From Anaerolineae bacterium (lineage in GTDB: Bacteria; Chloroflexota; Anaerolineae; CG2-30-64-16), in contig JAPKMS010000040.1 of assembly GCA_026645775.1 (NCBI GenBank), positions 20,406 to 84,405 on the forward strand: DNA of 64,000 bases, in the 5' to 3' direction. A model generated the notes under the pieces. It did not search any database. It saw nothing but the letters and a program-made list of their open reading frames with translations, and had not been told where the DNA came from. This document shows positions 26,840 to 41,885 of the stretch, piece by piece. A program made the position numbers and the translations under genes. Numbering within the stretch: position 1 is the stretch's first letter; every line of letters starts with the position of its first letter.

Positions 26840-28166
26840 CGCGGGAAATTCGAGTTTGGCCCGCGGTCGCGGGTTGGATGCACTGTTCGAGAGCACGGCG
26901 AGCCCGGTGGCAACCGGTTCGCACGTGGATGCTGATCTGGCGGCCTTGCTGGATGACGAAGTGTTGGCGGCCACAGTGGGCGCGCCGGATGTGAGCGAGC
27001 CGCCTGTTGCGGCGCCGGCTGCCGCTGCGGCGGCAACGCGAGCGGCCGCAGCCGCGCAGCCGCCCGAAGCCATCGATGTGCCCCCAGCGGCCAGCGAGGC
27101 GCGGCCGGTGACGCCTCCCCAGGCCACGGTCCCGCCCGTCTCCGAGCCAGCGCCGCCGGCCCCCGCGGTTGAAACGCCGCCGCAGTTGCCCACCACCAAG
27201 CGTTTCGGAGCGATCATCATGGAATCTGCCCCCCAGGAAACCCCGCCCGATGTCCAAGTCACGCCCTCTGCGAGCGCTGCCGATGCGCTGGTGCCTGCCA
27301 TGCCGGGGACCCGGAGCGTTATGCCTCCCACTTCGGGTGTTGAAGAGGAGGTGACCCCCTTGCCGTCGGCTGTTGATCGCACCGAAGACCAAAAGGCGAT
27401 TGTCATCTCGCGGCTGGACAAGGTTCTGGATAAAGGCTGGCAACGGGCGCTGCACCAGCAGATCGACGGCCTATACAAACAGGTTGCCACGGAGTTTGCC
27501 AGCCCGCCCGAAAAGGCTGAGCGCGCCCTGTCCATGCTGCGCGAGGCGCGCCAGGTGCTGTTGGACACCCCAGAGGAATATGTGGCGGCTGAATATCGGA
27601 CGATGCAAGTGCGGGCCCTGCTGGATCGGATGCAGGTGAGCCGCAAAAAGGCCGTGGTCTTTGGGCCGCGCATCCTGCTTTACCAGGCGGCCTGGTTGGT
27701 GGTGCTCCTGACGCTGTTGATCTTCGCGGCGCCGCTGACGCAGTGGATCACCCAAGTGGGCAACGTGACTGGGGCAGCGCTGCTGAACCTCTATCCGATC
27801 GTCAACACGATGATTTGGGGCGGGATTGGCGGCATCGTTGGTGCGCTCTACGCACTGTGGTGGCACATCTCGGAGCAGCAAGATTTTGACCCTAACTATC
27901 TGACGTGGTACCTGGTGCAGCCGCTGATGGGGGTGGTGCTGGGCGGCATCATCTTCTTGATCCTGGCCGGCGGGTTCTTGATCTTGCAGGTGGACCTGAC
28001 CGACGACAAGGCTACCCAGGGCGCGCGGCTGCTGCCCTATCTGACGGCTGTGCTCGCGGGGTTCCGCCAGAACTTCGTGTATCAGCAGTTTGATCGCTTG
28101 ATCGCGCTCTTCACGCCATCGCAGCGGAGCGGCAACGGCACAACCGGCGACGGCCCCGCCGCATAA
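26820..28166 (+). CDS. membrane protein with ParB-type N-terminal ParA-interaction motif, Pro/Ala-rich linker and C-terminal TM domain
   Basis: Residues 12-23 are LARGRGLDALF, matching the ParB N-terminal peptide consensus. Residues 55-200 are Pro/Ala-rich. Residues 290-420 hold four or more TM helices. No ParB HTH or CTPase body is present. Confidence 0.5.
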   Translation: MTTARSSAGNSSLARGRGLDALFESTASPVATGSHVDADLAALLDDEVLAATVGAPDVSEPPVAAPAAAAAATRAAAAAQPPEAIDVPPAASEARPVTPPQATVPPVSEPAPPAPAVETPPQLPTTKRFGAIIMESAPQETPPDVQVTPSASAADALVPAMPGTRSVMPPTSGVEEEVTPLPSAVDRTEDQKAIVISRLDKVLDKGWQRALHQQIDGLYKQVATEFASPPEKAERALSMLREARQVLLDTPEEYVAAEYRTMQVRALLDRMQVSRKKAVVFGPRILLYQAAWLVVLLTLLIFAAPLTQWITQVGNVTGAALLNLYPIVNTMIWGGIGGIVGALYALWWHISEQQDFDPNYLTWYLVQPLMGVVLGGIIFLILAGGFLILQVDLTDDKATQGARLLPYLTAVLAGFRQNFVYQQFDRLIALFTPSQRSGNGTTGDGPAA

Positions 28167-28179
28167 CGGCATCCGCTAC

Positions 28180-28210
28180 GCTGGGCGTACGACAAGGTCA
28201 TACGCCCAGC
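28180..28210. terminator. bidirectional hairpin between convergent genes
   Basis: gctgggcgta-cgacaaggtca-tacgcccagc, a perfect 10-bp stem. Confidence 0.5.
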
Positions 28211-28286
28211 GTCTACTTCTGCCTCATTCGTCCCACGGGACCTCACCGACGCCCTCCTTGAAGGCGGCCGTTTTGCCGGAGCGCCG

Positions 28287-29570
28287 TCAAGCCTTGATCC
28301 GCTCGATGTGTGCGCCCAGCCCGCGCAGCTTTCTGTCGATCTCCTGGTAGCCGCGATCGATCTGGTCGACGTTGGCGATGCTGCTGGTGCCCTGGGCGGC
28401 CAGGGCCGCGATCAGCAGCGCCATGCCGGCGCGGATGTCGGGGCTGCTCAGCTCGGAGCCGTGCAGCGAGCCGGGGCCGACAATCACCGCGCGGTGCGGG
28501 TCGCAAAGGATGATCTTGGCGCCCATGCCGATCAGTTTGTCCACGAAATAGAGCCGGCTCTCAAACATCTTTTCATGCATCAGCACCGTGCCCTTGGCCT
28601 GGGTGGCGACCACCAGTGCGATGCTCATCAAATCAGCGGGGAACTGCGGCCACGGCGCATCGTCGATCTTCGGCACCGCGCCGCCGATGTCCTCTCGAAT
28701 CGTCAGGTGTTGCTCATCGTCGATCACCAGGATGTCGCCATCCATGTGCATATTGACGCCCAGGCGCTCGGAGAAGATCAGGTTGATCATCCGCATGTGC
28801 TCGGGCACCACGCCGTGGATGCGAATTTCGCCGCGCGTCACCGCCCCCAGACCCATGAAGCTGCCCACCTCGAGATAATCCGGCGAGATGGTGAAGTCAC
28901 CGCCGCCGAGCTTTTCCACGCCGTGGATGATCAGTTTGTTGGAGCCAACCCCCTCGATTTGTGCGCCCCAGCCGACCAGCATCTGGCACAGGTCTTGCAC
29001 GTGCGGCTCGGACGCGGCGTTGCGGATGACGGTGGTGCCCTTGGCCCGCACCGCTGCCATCACGGCGTTTTCGGTTCCAGTGACGCTCATCTCATCCAGC
29101 AGCATATCGGCGCCATGGAGGCTGGCAGCGCGCATGGTGAAATCATGGTGATTGAAATCGATCGTTGTCCCCAGGGCTTCCAGGGCCAGCAGGTGCGTGT
29201 CAACCCGGCGCCGGCCGATGCGATCGCCGCCGGGCAGCGGCAGGATGGCCTGCCCGAACCGGCCCAACATCGGCCCGGCCAGCAGCATGGAGCCGCGGAT
29301 TTGCTGGAACAGCTCGGTTCGCGGCGCGCTGAACCGGGCGTTCTTGGCGCACAAGTGGAGCGTGGCCCCCTCGTCACGCACGGTCACGCCAAATTCGCCC
29401 AGGATTTGCAGCATGGTGCCCACGTCGCCGATGCGCGGCACGTTGTGCAGTGTGACCTCGGCTTCGGTGAGCAGCATGGCCGCCAGGATCGGCAGCGCGG
29501 CGTTCTTGTTGCCGGCCGGGGTGACATCGCCGTTGAGTGGGTGGTTGCCTTCGATGACGAATTTCTCCAT
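28287..29570 (-). CDS. murA: UDP-N-acetylglucosamine 1-carboxyvinyltransferase
   Basis: Full-length MurA similarity. Confidence 0.9.
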   Translation of the reverse strand: MEKFVIEGNHPLNGDVTPAGNKNAALPILAAMLLTEAEVTLHNVPRIGDVGTMLQILGEFGVTVRDEGATLHLCAKNARFSAPRTELFQQIRGSMLLAGPMLGRFGQAILPLPGGDRIGRRRVDTHLLALEALGTTIDFNHHDFTMRAASLHGADMLLDEMSVTGTENAVMAAVRAKGTTVIRNAASEPHVQDLCQMLVGWGAQIEGVGSNKLIIHGVEKLGGGDFTISPDYLEVGSFMGLGAVTRGEIRIHGVVPEHMRMINLIFSERLGVNMHMDGDILVIDDEQHLTIREDIGGAVPKIDDAPWPQFPADLMSIALVVATQAKGTVLMHEKMFESRLYFVDKLIGMGAKIILCDPHRAVIVGPGSLHGSELSSPDIRAGMALLIAALAAQGTSSIANVDQIDRGYQEIDRKLRGLGAHIERIKA

Positions 29571-29629
29571 TGAAGCGTCTCCTTGGTGTCAGGGGATGGG
29601 GAGTGCCGTATCTCCGCGGGCGCCCGTGA

Positions 29630-30406
29630 TCAGAGGGCTGCCCAGAGTCGAACGGGATCATCCGGCCTTGTGCCCAGTTGTTGCGCTGCGTTGCCGTTGC
29701 AGACAGCGATTTCTACGGCGCCGCCGCTGCTGATCAGCGCAATGAGTGCGCCGGGCGCTGCTTCGGCGTAAGTTGCGGTGATCCCATCAATCTGCCGGCC
29801 GGCGATTTCGCACATCCAGCGGCCGCTTGCCACCCAGGCTGCAGGGATGTCGGTGATGAGATTGCCGAACCGATCCACATGGCTGACGTGGCCGTGGATC
29901 GTTCCGTTCCCCAGCCGTTCGGCCCTCGTCGGCTTCAGGCGGACAGGATCGGCGATGGGCGTGCCCAGCCGATGAGGCGGGGCGCCCAGCGCCAGGTGGG
30001 CGGCGATCGGCGCAAAGATATCGCGGCCGTGAAACGTGTGGCTCACCTCGGGCCGCCAGAACTGCGGGCGATCGAGCACCCAGGCCTGAGCGCCGGGTGC
30101 TGCCAGGGCGAAGGTAAAGAGCCCATTGTCTGGACCCACAAAGCAAGCATCGGGGGTTGAGACCACCAGCGGGCGCCGAGCGCTGCCTACACCGGGATCG
30201 ACCACCGCCAGGTGTATGGCGCCTGCGGGAAAAAAGGGCGCTGCACCGGCCAGGATGTGCGCAGCCTGGCGGATGTTTTGCGGCATGACGTCATGGCTTA
30301 GATCGATCAGCCGGGCGTCGGGGGCGATACCCAGGATGACGCCCTTCATAATTCCCACGTAGCCATCGGCCAGGCCGAAGTCGGTCGTCAGGGTGATGAG
30401 ACTCAT
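29630..30406 (-). CDS. SAM hydroxide adenosyltransferase / SAM hydrolase (DUF62, fluorinase-chlorinase-like)
   Basis: MSLITLTTDFGLADGYVGIMKGVILGIAPDARLIDLSHDV N-terminal signature. Confidence 0.8.
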   Translation of the reverse strand: MSLITLTTDFGLADGYVGIMKGVILGIAPDARLIDLSHDVMPQNIRQAAHILAGAAPFFPAGAIHLAVVDPGVGSARRPLVVSTPDACFVGPDNGLFTFALAAPGAQAWVLDRPQFWRPEVSHTFHGRDIFAPIAAHLALGAPPHRLGTPIADPVRLKPTRAERLGNGTIHGHVSHVDRFGNLITDIPAAWVASGRWMCEIAGRQIDGITATYAEAAPGALIALISSGGAVEIAVCNGNAAQQLGTRPDDPVRLWAAL

Positions 30407-30597
30407 GGCACCTGTGATGCGTGGCGGCTTGCACTTTTGGGTGCGATTCTACCCCAGTCCGCAGTGAGCGTCAACTGCTGTTTTAGCCGCCCCGCGGATT
30501 CGCGGAAGTTGGCCTACCCAAACATTTGTGCTATCCTGGCCGATGTACGAACCTGCTTTGTTTCTGGGAAACGTCGATCTGTGGTAAAATAGATCAG

Positions 30598-31710
30598 ATG
30601 AAATCAAAATTCGTGTCACCCAAGATTGGTGTGATCGACGCTTTGGCGACCGGTTTAGCGCACGCCGCGCGCCGGCCGTGGTTGGTAGCTATCCCAGCAC
30701 TGGTCGACCTGGGGCTGTGGCTGGCGCCGCGACTGTCGGTGAAAGAGCTGCTGCAGCACCTGGGCCTGGTGGTGGAGGGGTTGCTGCGCGCCGGATACTC
30801 CACTGTGCAGGTGGCAGGGCTCGATGAGATGCTGGTCATGTTTCATGAGAGCATCCAACAACTCAGCACATCGGTGAACCTGGCGAATGCTATCGGCGGA
30901 CATTGGCTGGCGCTCCCGAGCGCACTGATGCCGGTGCAGGCCAACCGGTTTACAGTGTTTACCGATGGCATTTTGGCGCCGCTCGGTATCGGGGTGAAGC
31001 TGACCCCTGTGGCGGCCGCGCCCCTGCAATGGGCGCCCATTGAGATCAAGAGCGCCTGGTTGGCTGTGGCGATCGTCGTGGGGTTCTGGCTGGTGGGTCA
31101 TCTGTTGGCGGCGCTCTATCTGCGGGCCGCGGCCAAGGATTGGCTGGGACCCGTCGCTGGCACAGAGGTCGCACCGGCGCGGGCAGCCCGTTGGCAGGGA
31201 CTGCGCGGCCTGTTCGCTCTGACGCTCCGCCTCATCTTCGTGAGCCTGTTGATCGGGGTGGGCGTGAGCCTGCTCTTTACACCGCTGCTGATGGCGACGA
31301 GCATTGCGTCCCTGGTGGGCGGCGCCTTCGCCGAGTTAGCCTTTGCATTGACGGGCGGAATTACGCTCTGGCTGCTGTTGTGGTTTCTGACGTCGGCCTT
31401 CTTTACCAGTGAGGGGGTGCTGCTGGACGGCGTTCCCGTGTTGGGCGCCCTGTTGCAGAGCGCCGCACTGGTGCGCAGCAACGGCGTGCTGACGCTGGGC
31501 CTGGTCGTCGTCGTCAACCTTTTGATGTTGGGTTTTCGTGCGGCCTGGGGGCTGTTGGGTCAGACTCCGGTGACCGTGCTGGCGGCTATCATAGGGAACG
31601 CGTATCTGGCTACCGGGGTGTTACTGGCTGTTTTTGCGTATTACGATGGATTGCGCAAGCACTGGATCATGGTGAACGCGGCGCGATCGACGCCCACGGG
31701 GCAGAGTTAG
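30598..31710 (+). CDS. polytopic membrane protein, unknown function
   Basis: ATG at 30598 (MKSKFVSPKIG). Eight or more hydrophobic segments. Confidence 0.5.
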   Translation: MKSKFVSPKIGVIDALATGLAHAARRPWLVAIPALVDLGLWLAPRLSVKELLQHLGLVVEGLLRAGYSTVQVAGLDEMLVMFHESIQQLSTSVNLANAIGGHWLALPSALMPVQANRFTVFTDGILAPLGIGVKLTPVAAAPLQWAPIEIKSAWLAVAIVVGFWLVGHLLAALYLRAAAKDWLGPVAGTEVAPARAARWQGLRGLFALTLRLIFVSLLIGVGVSLLFTPLLMATSIASLVGGAFAELAFALTGGITLWLLLWFLTSAFFTSEGVLLDGVPVLGALLQSAALVRSNGVLTLGLVVVVNLLMLGFRAAWGLLGQTPVTVLAAIIGNAYLATGVLLAVFAYYDGLRKHWIMVNAARSTPTGQS

Positions 31711-33660
<1,950 letters not shown>

Positions 33661-33736
33661 ACTTGTAGGACCGGTTGCCAACCGGTCCACCGTTCCGACT
33701 AACTTCCTGCCAGTGCGCCGGTCAACGGGAGGAGCC

Positions 33737-35929
33737 ATGCCAGAAATCAACGCCGCGCCGCCGTCGCCAGACAAACCAGCCCCGGAACGCAGCACGCCCA
33801 TCTGGCCGGGGAAGTCCTATCCGCTCGGCGCGACGTGGGACGGCGCAGGGGTCAACTTCGCGCTCTTCTCCCAGAACGCATCTGCTGTGGATCTCTGCCT
33901 TTTCGACGGCCCGGAGGGCGAGCGCGAGGCGGGGCGCATCCGCTTGCCCGAATACACCGACCACGTCTGGCACGCCTATCTGCCGGCGGTCCGGCCAGGC
34001 CAGTTGTACGGCTATCGCGTCCACGGCAATTACGCGCCCGAAGCCGGCCGGCGCTTTAACCCCAACAAGCTCCTGCTCGATCCCTACGCCAAGGCGATTT
34101 CGGGACATCTGCGCTGGCACGACGCCCTGTTCGGCTACACTATCGGCGACCCCAAGGGCGACCTTTCGCTCGACGGCCGCGACAGCGCGCCCTACATGCC
34201 GAAGTCGATGGTGGTTGATCCGGCGTTTAGCTGGGGTAACGATGTGCAGCCGCGTACGCCGTGGCACAAGACGTTGATCTATGAGATGCACGTCAAGGGG
34301 TTCACCGCGCGCCATCCAGCCGTCCCCGAAGAGCTGCGCGGCACTTACGCCGGACTCACCCACCCGGTGGTCATCGAGCACCTGCTCAAGCTGGGCGTGA
34401 CCGCGGTTGAGTTGATGCCGGTGCATCACTGCCTGATCGACAAGCACCTGCTCGACAAAGGGCTCACCAACTACTGGGGCTATAACTCCATCGGTTTCTT
34501 TGCGCCGGACCCGCGCTTCAGCAGCAGCGGTGTGTCGGGTGGGCAAGTCGCCGAGTTCAAGACCCTGGTGAAGACGCTGCACCGGGAAGGCATCGAGGTG
34601 ATCCTGGATGTCGTCTACAACCACACCGGCGAGGGCAACCACCTGGGGCCGACCGTCTCCTTCAAGGGCATTGACAACGAGGCGTACTACCGGCTGGTGG
34701 CCGACAACAAGCGGTATTATTTTGATTACACGGGCACCGGCAACACGCTGAACGCGCTCAGCCCGCGCACTTTGCAGCTTATCATGGACAGCCTGCGCTA
34801 CTGGGCCCTGGAGATGCACGTGGACGGGTTCCGCTTTGACCTGGCCTCGGCGCTGGCGCGCGGGCTGCACGAGGTAGATCGGCTGGGCGCCTTCTTCGAC
34901 ATCATCCACCAGGACCCCGTGTTGTCGCAGGTGAAGCTGATCGCGGAGCCGTGGGACACCGGCGCCGGCGGCTACCAGGTGGGCAACTTCCCCGTGCTGT
35001 GGGCAGAGTGGAACGGCATCTATCGGGACACGGTCCGGCGGTTTTGGAAAGGCGACGCGGGGCAGTTAGGGGGCATGGCGTATCGCCTGACCGGCAGCCC
35101 CGATCTGTACGAGAAGGGGGGCTGCCATCCCTACGCCAGCATCAACTTCGTTACTGCACACGATGGCTTCACCCTGGCCGACCTGGTCAGTTACAACGAG
35201 AAGCACAACGAAGCCAATGGCGAAGGCAACCGCGACGGCGCCAACGACAACAATAGCTGGAACTGCGGCGTCGAGGGCCCGACCGACGATCCCGTGCTCC
35301 TGGCGCTGCGCGGCCGCCAGATGCGCAACTTCCTGGCTACGCTGCTGCTGTCGCAGGGCGTCCCGATGCTTCAGGCCGGCGATGAGATTGCGCGCACCCA
35401 GCGCGGCAACAACAACGCCTACTGCCAGGACAGCGAGATCTCATGGCTCGACTGGAATATCACGTCTGCGGGCGCCGATCTGCTGGAGTTTACTTGCTAC
35501 CTGGTGCGGCTGATGCAGGATCATCCGGGTCTGCGCCGGCGCACTTTCTTCCAGGGCCGGCAAATTCTCGGTTCCGAGGTCAAGGATGTGACCTGGCTCC
35601 GGCTCGATGGCCAGGAGATGACCGATGCGGACTGGAAGGCCAAGGGGGCCGGCGTCTTTGGCCTGCGTCTGGCCGGCGATGCCATTGACGAGGTCGATGA
35701 TCGGGGCAACCGAGTCAGCGATGACACGTTGTTGATCCTGCTCAATCCCGATTGGAAGCCGGCAGCCTTCGTTCTGCCCACCCAGTCCAATGCGACCCGG
35801 TGGGAGGTGCTGCTGGATACGCGGGAGTCACTGCCGCCCTCGCGCCGGCACACGGTCAAGGGGGGCGCAAAGTATAAGCTGGAAGGGCGCAGCCTGGCCC
35901 TGTTCAGGACACCTTCCGGTAACGAGTGA
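33737..35929 (+). CDS. glgX: glycogen debranching enzyme GlgX (GH13_11)
   Basis: [19 protein letters not shown]-terminus, [13 protein letters not shown] and [11 protein letters not shown] at 33737. Confidence 0.85.
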   Translation: MPEINAAPPSPDKPAPERSTPIWPGKSYPLGATWDGAGVNFALFSQNASAVDLCLFDGPEGEREAGRIRLPEYTDHVWHAYLPAVRPGQLYGYRVHGNYAPEAGRRFNPNKLLLDPYAKAISGHLRWHDALFGYTIGDPKGDLSLDGRDSAPYMPKSMVVDPAFSWGNDVQPRTPWHKTLIYEMHVKGFTARHPAVPEELRGTYAGLTHPVVIEHLLKLGVTAVELMPVHHCLIDKHLLDKGLTNYWGYNSIGFFAPDPRFSSSGVSGGQVAEFKTLVKTLHREGIEVILDVVYNHTGEGNHLGPTVSFKGIDNEAYYRLVADNKRYYFDYTGTGNTLNALSPRTLQLIMDSLRYWALEMHVDGFRFDLASALARGLHEVDRLGAFFDIIHQDPVLSQVKLIAEPWDTGAGGYQVGNFPVLWAEWNGIYRDTVRRFWKGDAGQLGGMAYRLTGSPDLYEKGGCHPYASINFVTAHDGFTLADLVSYNEKHNEANGEGNRDGANDNNSWNCGVEGPTDDPVLLALRGRQMRNFLATLLLSQGVPMLQAGDEIARTQRGNNNAYCQDSEISWLDWNITSAGADLLEFTCYLVRLMQDHPGLRRRTFFQGRQILGSEVKDVTWLRLDGQEMTDADWKAKGAGVFGLRLAGDAIDEVDDRGNRVSDDTLLILLNPDWKPAAFVLPTQSNATRWEVLLDTRESLPPSRRHTVKGGAKYKLEGRSLALFRTPSGNE

Positions 35930-36092
35930 TGAGCGGTCCGAAGACGATATCGAGTTGCTCGGGATCCCCGGTGAGATTCTCGTCGATGCGCTGGAACGGG
36001 CCGACACGGTGAGGACTATGCGGTGATGCAGCGCCCTAACCCCGTGACCCGTGGAGTGGCGACCTCAGGCGCTTGCGCAGGACGGCAAAAGC

Positions 36093-36725
36093 TCAGCGCC
36101 CCTGGAGTCGACGCCGAACGCGCTGCCTCGCGAACCAGCGCCGCACCGGCGGCAGGCGCAGAGCCAACAACGCGGCGATGAGCGCCCCCCAGGCCAGCGG
36201 CCCGCGGATATCCGCTTTCACTGCCCACGCGTAGTGGATGATCACCAGCCCGCCGGCCGCGTACACCCAGCGGTGCAGTTGCTTCCACCGCCGCCCCATC
36301 CGCTTCATCGCCGCCCCGGTCGATGTGAACGCCAGCGCCACCAGGATGGCCAGCGCGGCCGCGCCCACCAGGATGAAACGCTTGCCCGCCACGTCCAGCC
36401 AGATCAACCCCACATCGAAGCCGTAGTCCAGTCCGAGGAACGTCAGGAAATGCAGCGCGGCGTACACAAAAGCGTAGAGCCCCAGCGGCCGGCGCCAGCG
36501 CAAGACGGACCGCCAGCCGGTGACGGTATTCAGCGGCGTGCAGGCCAACGATGCCGCCATCAGGATCAGCGCGTATTTGCCGGTGCGCTGCTCGACTGCC
36601 TGGATCGGGTTGGCGCCCAGGTTGCCCCGCGCCGCGTCGAAGATCAGCCACGCCAGTGGGATCAGCGCGGCCAGATGCACCAGAAGCTGGTAGCGGGCGA
36701 ACTTGGGCAGGGATAATCGACGCAT
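36093..36725 (-). CDS. msrQ: methionine sulfoxide reductase heme-binding subunit MsrQ (YedZ)
   Basis: Colinear with E. coli YedZ (HLAALIPLAWL... HRWVYAAGGLVIIHYAWAV). Confidence 0.8.
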   Translation of the reverse strand: MRRLSLPKFARYQLLVHLAALIPLAWLIFDAARGNLGANPIQAVEQRTGKYALILMAASLACTPLNTVTGWRSVLRWRRPLGLYAFVYAALHFLTFLGLDYGFDVGLIWLDVAGKRFILVGAAALAILVALAFTSTGAAMKRMGRRWKQLHRWVYAAGGLVIIHYAWAVKADIRGPLAWGALIAALLALRLPPVRRWFARQRVRRRLQGR

Positions 36726-36777
36726 CGAGAGTGCCTTGTAGGAATCGGAGCGGGTGGACTGGAGGCCGGGTGCATTA

Positions 36778-36848
36778 GTAGATTGGTAGAAGGTAGATTG
36801 GTCTTTGCCGTAACTAACTTACCAACCTACCTCTCTACCAATTTACCA
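36778..36848. repeat. GGTAGATTGG-type inverted-repeat element in the msrP-msrQ intergenic region
   Basis: attggtagaaggtagattgg ... ccaacctacctctctaccaat. Confidence 0.45.
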
Positions 36849-36849
36849 C

Positions 36850-37812
36850 TCAATAAAACTTCGCCAGATCCATCCCCGCGTACAGCCCTGCCACCTGTTC
36901 GGCGTAGCCGTTGAATGGCAGCGTGCGGCGCCGGGCGGTCTCACCGATGCGGCGCTCGCTGGCCTGCGACCAGCGAGGATGGTTCACGTCCGGGTTGACG
37001 TTCGCATAGAAGCCATACTCATCGGGCGCGGCGACCATCCACAGCGAGGACGGCTGTTCGGCGACCAGGTCGATCTTGACGATCGATTTGATGCTTTTGA
37101 AGCCATACTTCCAAGGCACGACCAGCCGGAGCGGCGCCCCATTCTGGGGCAGGGCCGGTTTGCCGTAGACGCCGGTTGCAAGCAGCGTCAGGTCGTGCAG
37201 CGCCTCGTCCAGCCGCAGCCCCTCGACGTAGGGCCACTCGTACCAGTCGTTCCGCTGCCCCGGCATTTGTTCGGGGTCGTTGAGGGTCTCGAAGCGCACG
37301 TATTTCGCAGCGCCGGTCGGCTCCACCGCGGCGAGCAGCTTGTTGAGCTGGAAGCCCTGCCACGGGATCACCATCGACCACGCCTCCACGCAGCGCAGCC
37401 GGTAGATGCGCTCCTCTGGCGGGAACAGGCGGATCAGATCCTCCACGCCGAAGGTCGCCGGTTTATTCACCAGCCCGCCCACCTGGACGGTCCACGGCGC
37501 GGTGCGGAAGTTCTTGGCCTGCCGGGCCGGATCGCTCTTGTCGGTGCCGAACTCGTAGTAGTTGTTGTAGGTGGTGACGTCTTCATACGTTGTCAGGCGG
37601 TCGCCGAGCTCATCGGTTGATTTGCCGGCCGTGGGCGCGAGGGTTGCGACGCTGCCGACTGCCGGTGCTGGGCTGCTCGGCGCCGCGCACGCGGCCAATG
37701 CAGCCGCCGCGGCCAGCCCCCCCAATCCCAGCATGAACTGGCGCCGGTTGATGTAGACGTGCTCCGGCGTGATCTCTGACGACGGAATTCCGGGGATATC
37801 GGTCTTTGCCAT
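36850..37812 (-). CDS. msrP: methionine sulfoxide reductase molybdopterin subunit MsrP (YedY)
   Basis: Tat signal [15 protein letters not shown] and sulfite-oxidase-family core ([21 protein letters not shown]). Confidence 0.85.
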   Translation of the reverse strand: MAKTDIPGIPSSEITPEHVYINRRQFMLGLGGLAAAAALAACAAPSSPAPAVGSVATLAPTAGKSTDELGDRLTTYEDVTTYNNYYEFGTDKSDPARQAKNFRTAPWTVQVGGLVNKPATFGVEDLIRLFPPEERIYRLRCVEAWSMVIPWQGFQLNKLLAAVEPTGAAKYVRFETLNDPEQMPGQRNDWYEWPYVEGLRLDEALHDLTLLATGVYGKPALPQNGAPLRLVVPWKYGFKSIKSIVKIDLVAEQPSSLWMVAAPDEYGFYANVNPDVNHPRWSQASERRIGETARRRTLPFNGYAEQVAGLYAGMDLAKFY

Positions 37813-37964
37813 TGACCCTCCAGGCTCGCAAACGCGTGCTCCTCGTGTTTGCGTGGGTGATAGTTTATGCCCGGTCTTTGATAACCGGAATATGAAGATA
37901 CTATGCGAGGGTCGTTGCGTCTGTAAGCTGCTAGGCCTTGTGCAATACTGCGGTTATCCAAAAG

Positions 37965-38200
37965 CCAGTTCTCGACGCGCAATTGCGGCACGCGGGCGAA
38001 CTTATCCACGTTAGCGGTGACCAGGGTGACATCCAGACTGGCAGCGTGCGCGGCGATGAGGGTATCGAGCGGGCCGATGGGCGTGCCGCCTGTTTCCATG
38101 TGGGCGCGAATATGACCGTATGCTTTGGCCGCACCTTAGTCAAAGTCGGCGACCACAAGCGGCAGCAGACACAGCGCCAGGGCTTCGGCATTCTGTTCGG
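37965..38200 (-). pseudogene. vapC: vapC (PIN-domain toxin) remnant: N-terminus missing, frameshifted, no cognate antitoxin
   Basis: One frame gives ...EALALCLLPLVVADFD-stop. The adjacent frame gives AAKAYGHIRAHMETGGTPIGPLDTLIAAHAASLDVTLVTANVDKFARVPQLRVENWL, the canonical VapC C-terminal half. Confidence 0.55.
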
Positions 38201-38219
38201 GGTGGTTACTTATGCAATC

Positions 38220-38243
38220 CCCGGCAACTTCAAGTTGCCGGGG
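38220..38243 (-). terminator. hairpin just downstream of clpB stop
   Basis: cccggcaacttcaagttgccggg palindrome. No clear U-tract. Confidence 0.35.
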
Positions 38244-38255
38244 ATTGGACATGCC

Positions 38256-40859
<2,604 letters not shown>

Positions 40860-40878
40860 GGTGCCCTCCGCGTTCCGG

Positions 40879-40969
40879 GAATTGGTAGATTGGTAGACTG
40901 GTAGATTGGGAAAAGCCTCGCGACAATCGGCATACCAGTTCCCCAAGTTACCGATTTACCAGTCTACCT
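40879..40969. repeat. GGTAGATTGG-type inverted-repeat element in the clpB 5' leader
   Basis: aattggtagattggtagactggtagattggg -N37- ttaccgatttaccagtctacc. Confidence 0.45.
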
Positions 40970-41052
40970 GCTCCCCGTTAGCGTCGCATTCGCGGGGTGT
41001 TAGCGAAGTGTGAGAGACGAAAAATCGGCTTTAAAAAACGCGCATTTGCCTC

Positions 41053-41081
41053 TTGACAACCCGATTGTGTTGTGTTATCCT
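41053..41081 (+). promoter_or_regulatory. sigma70-like promoter TTGACA-N17-TATCCT for the GntR(FCD) regulator
   Basis: Sequence match only. Confidence 0.4.
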
Positions 41082-41141
41082 ATCATCACATATCAGACAT
41101 CCGACATCTAATCTCTTTGCGTTGATACTTGAGAGTGCGTT

Positions 41142-41867
41142 ATGGAAAAGCTGTCTCGCGGCCCGGTGCTCAACCGGGTTATCCAGGATCAGATCAAGCG
41201 GTACATCACCGAGAACCGGCTGGGCGCGGGCGATCTGCTGCCGCCGGAAGGCCAGCTTGCGGCCGATCTGGGGGTGAGCCGCGGCTCGGTGCGTGAGGCG
41301 GTCAAGTCGCTGGAGTCGCTGGGCATCGTTGAGGTGCGCCACGGCGACGGCGTGCGCGTGCGGGCTTTCAACTTCGACTCGGTGTTTGAGCTGCTATCGT
41401 ACGGTCTCGTGTTCGATCCCGTCCGGGCTGCTGAGGTCCTTGAGATTCGCGTGTGGCTGGAAGTGGCTGCGGTGGCCGATGCCGTGCGCCGGATCAGCGA
41501 CGCGGAACTTGCCGAGATGGATGCGCTGTTGGACCGCTGGGAGCAGAAGGCGGCCCTCGGTGGGGATGCCTCCGCGGATGATCGCGGCTTCCATCGGATG
41601 CTCTACAGCTCGTTGGGCAATGAGTCGTTGATGGGGTTGATCGATATTTTCTGGGTGATCTATCATTCGCTGCCCGTCCAAAGCATCGGCACGGATCGCC
41701 AGCCGCTGGCGACCGTCAGGGCGCACCGTGAGTTGTTGGCCGCGATTCGTGCGCGTGATGTGGTGCAGGCCACGCAGCACATGCGCGATCATTTCCACAA
41801 TTTGGAGGCCCGCATGGCCCGGGCCATCGAGATCAACCAGGCCGGCGCTGAGCCGGAACACAACTAA
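41142..41867 (+). CDS. GntR-family regulator, FadR/FCD subfamily (NanR-like?)
   Basis: wHTH (LPPEGQLAADLGVSRGSVREAVKSL) plus a C-terminal FCD domain. Confidence 0.8.
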   Translation: MEKLSRGPVLNRVIQDQIKRYITENRLGAGDLLPPEGQLAADLGVSRGSVREAVKSLESLGIVEVRHGDGVRVRAFNFDSVFELLSYGLVFDPVRAAEVLEIRVWLEVAAVADAVRRISDAELAEMDALLDRWEQKAALGGDASADDRGFHRMLYSSLGNESLMGLIDIFWVIYHSLPVQSIGTDRQPLATVRAHRELLAAIRARDVVQATQHMRDHFHNLEARMARAIEINQAGAEPEHN

Positions 41868-41885
41868 CCAGGGGAGAGCCACGGT

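Noticed and set aside
40860-41052. CIRCE (HrcA) or HAIR (HspR) heat-shock operator upstream of clpB.
   Set aside because: Neither TTAGCACTC-N9-GAGTGCTAA nor CTTGAGT-N7-ACTCAAG is present. The inverted repeat found is of the GGTAGATTGG type instead.
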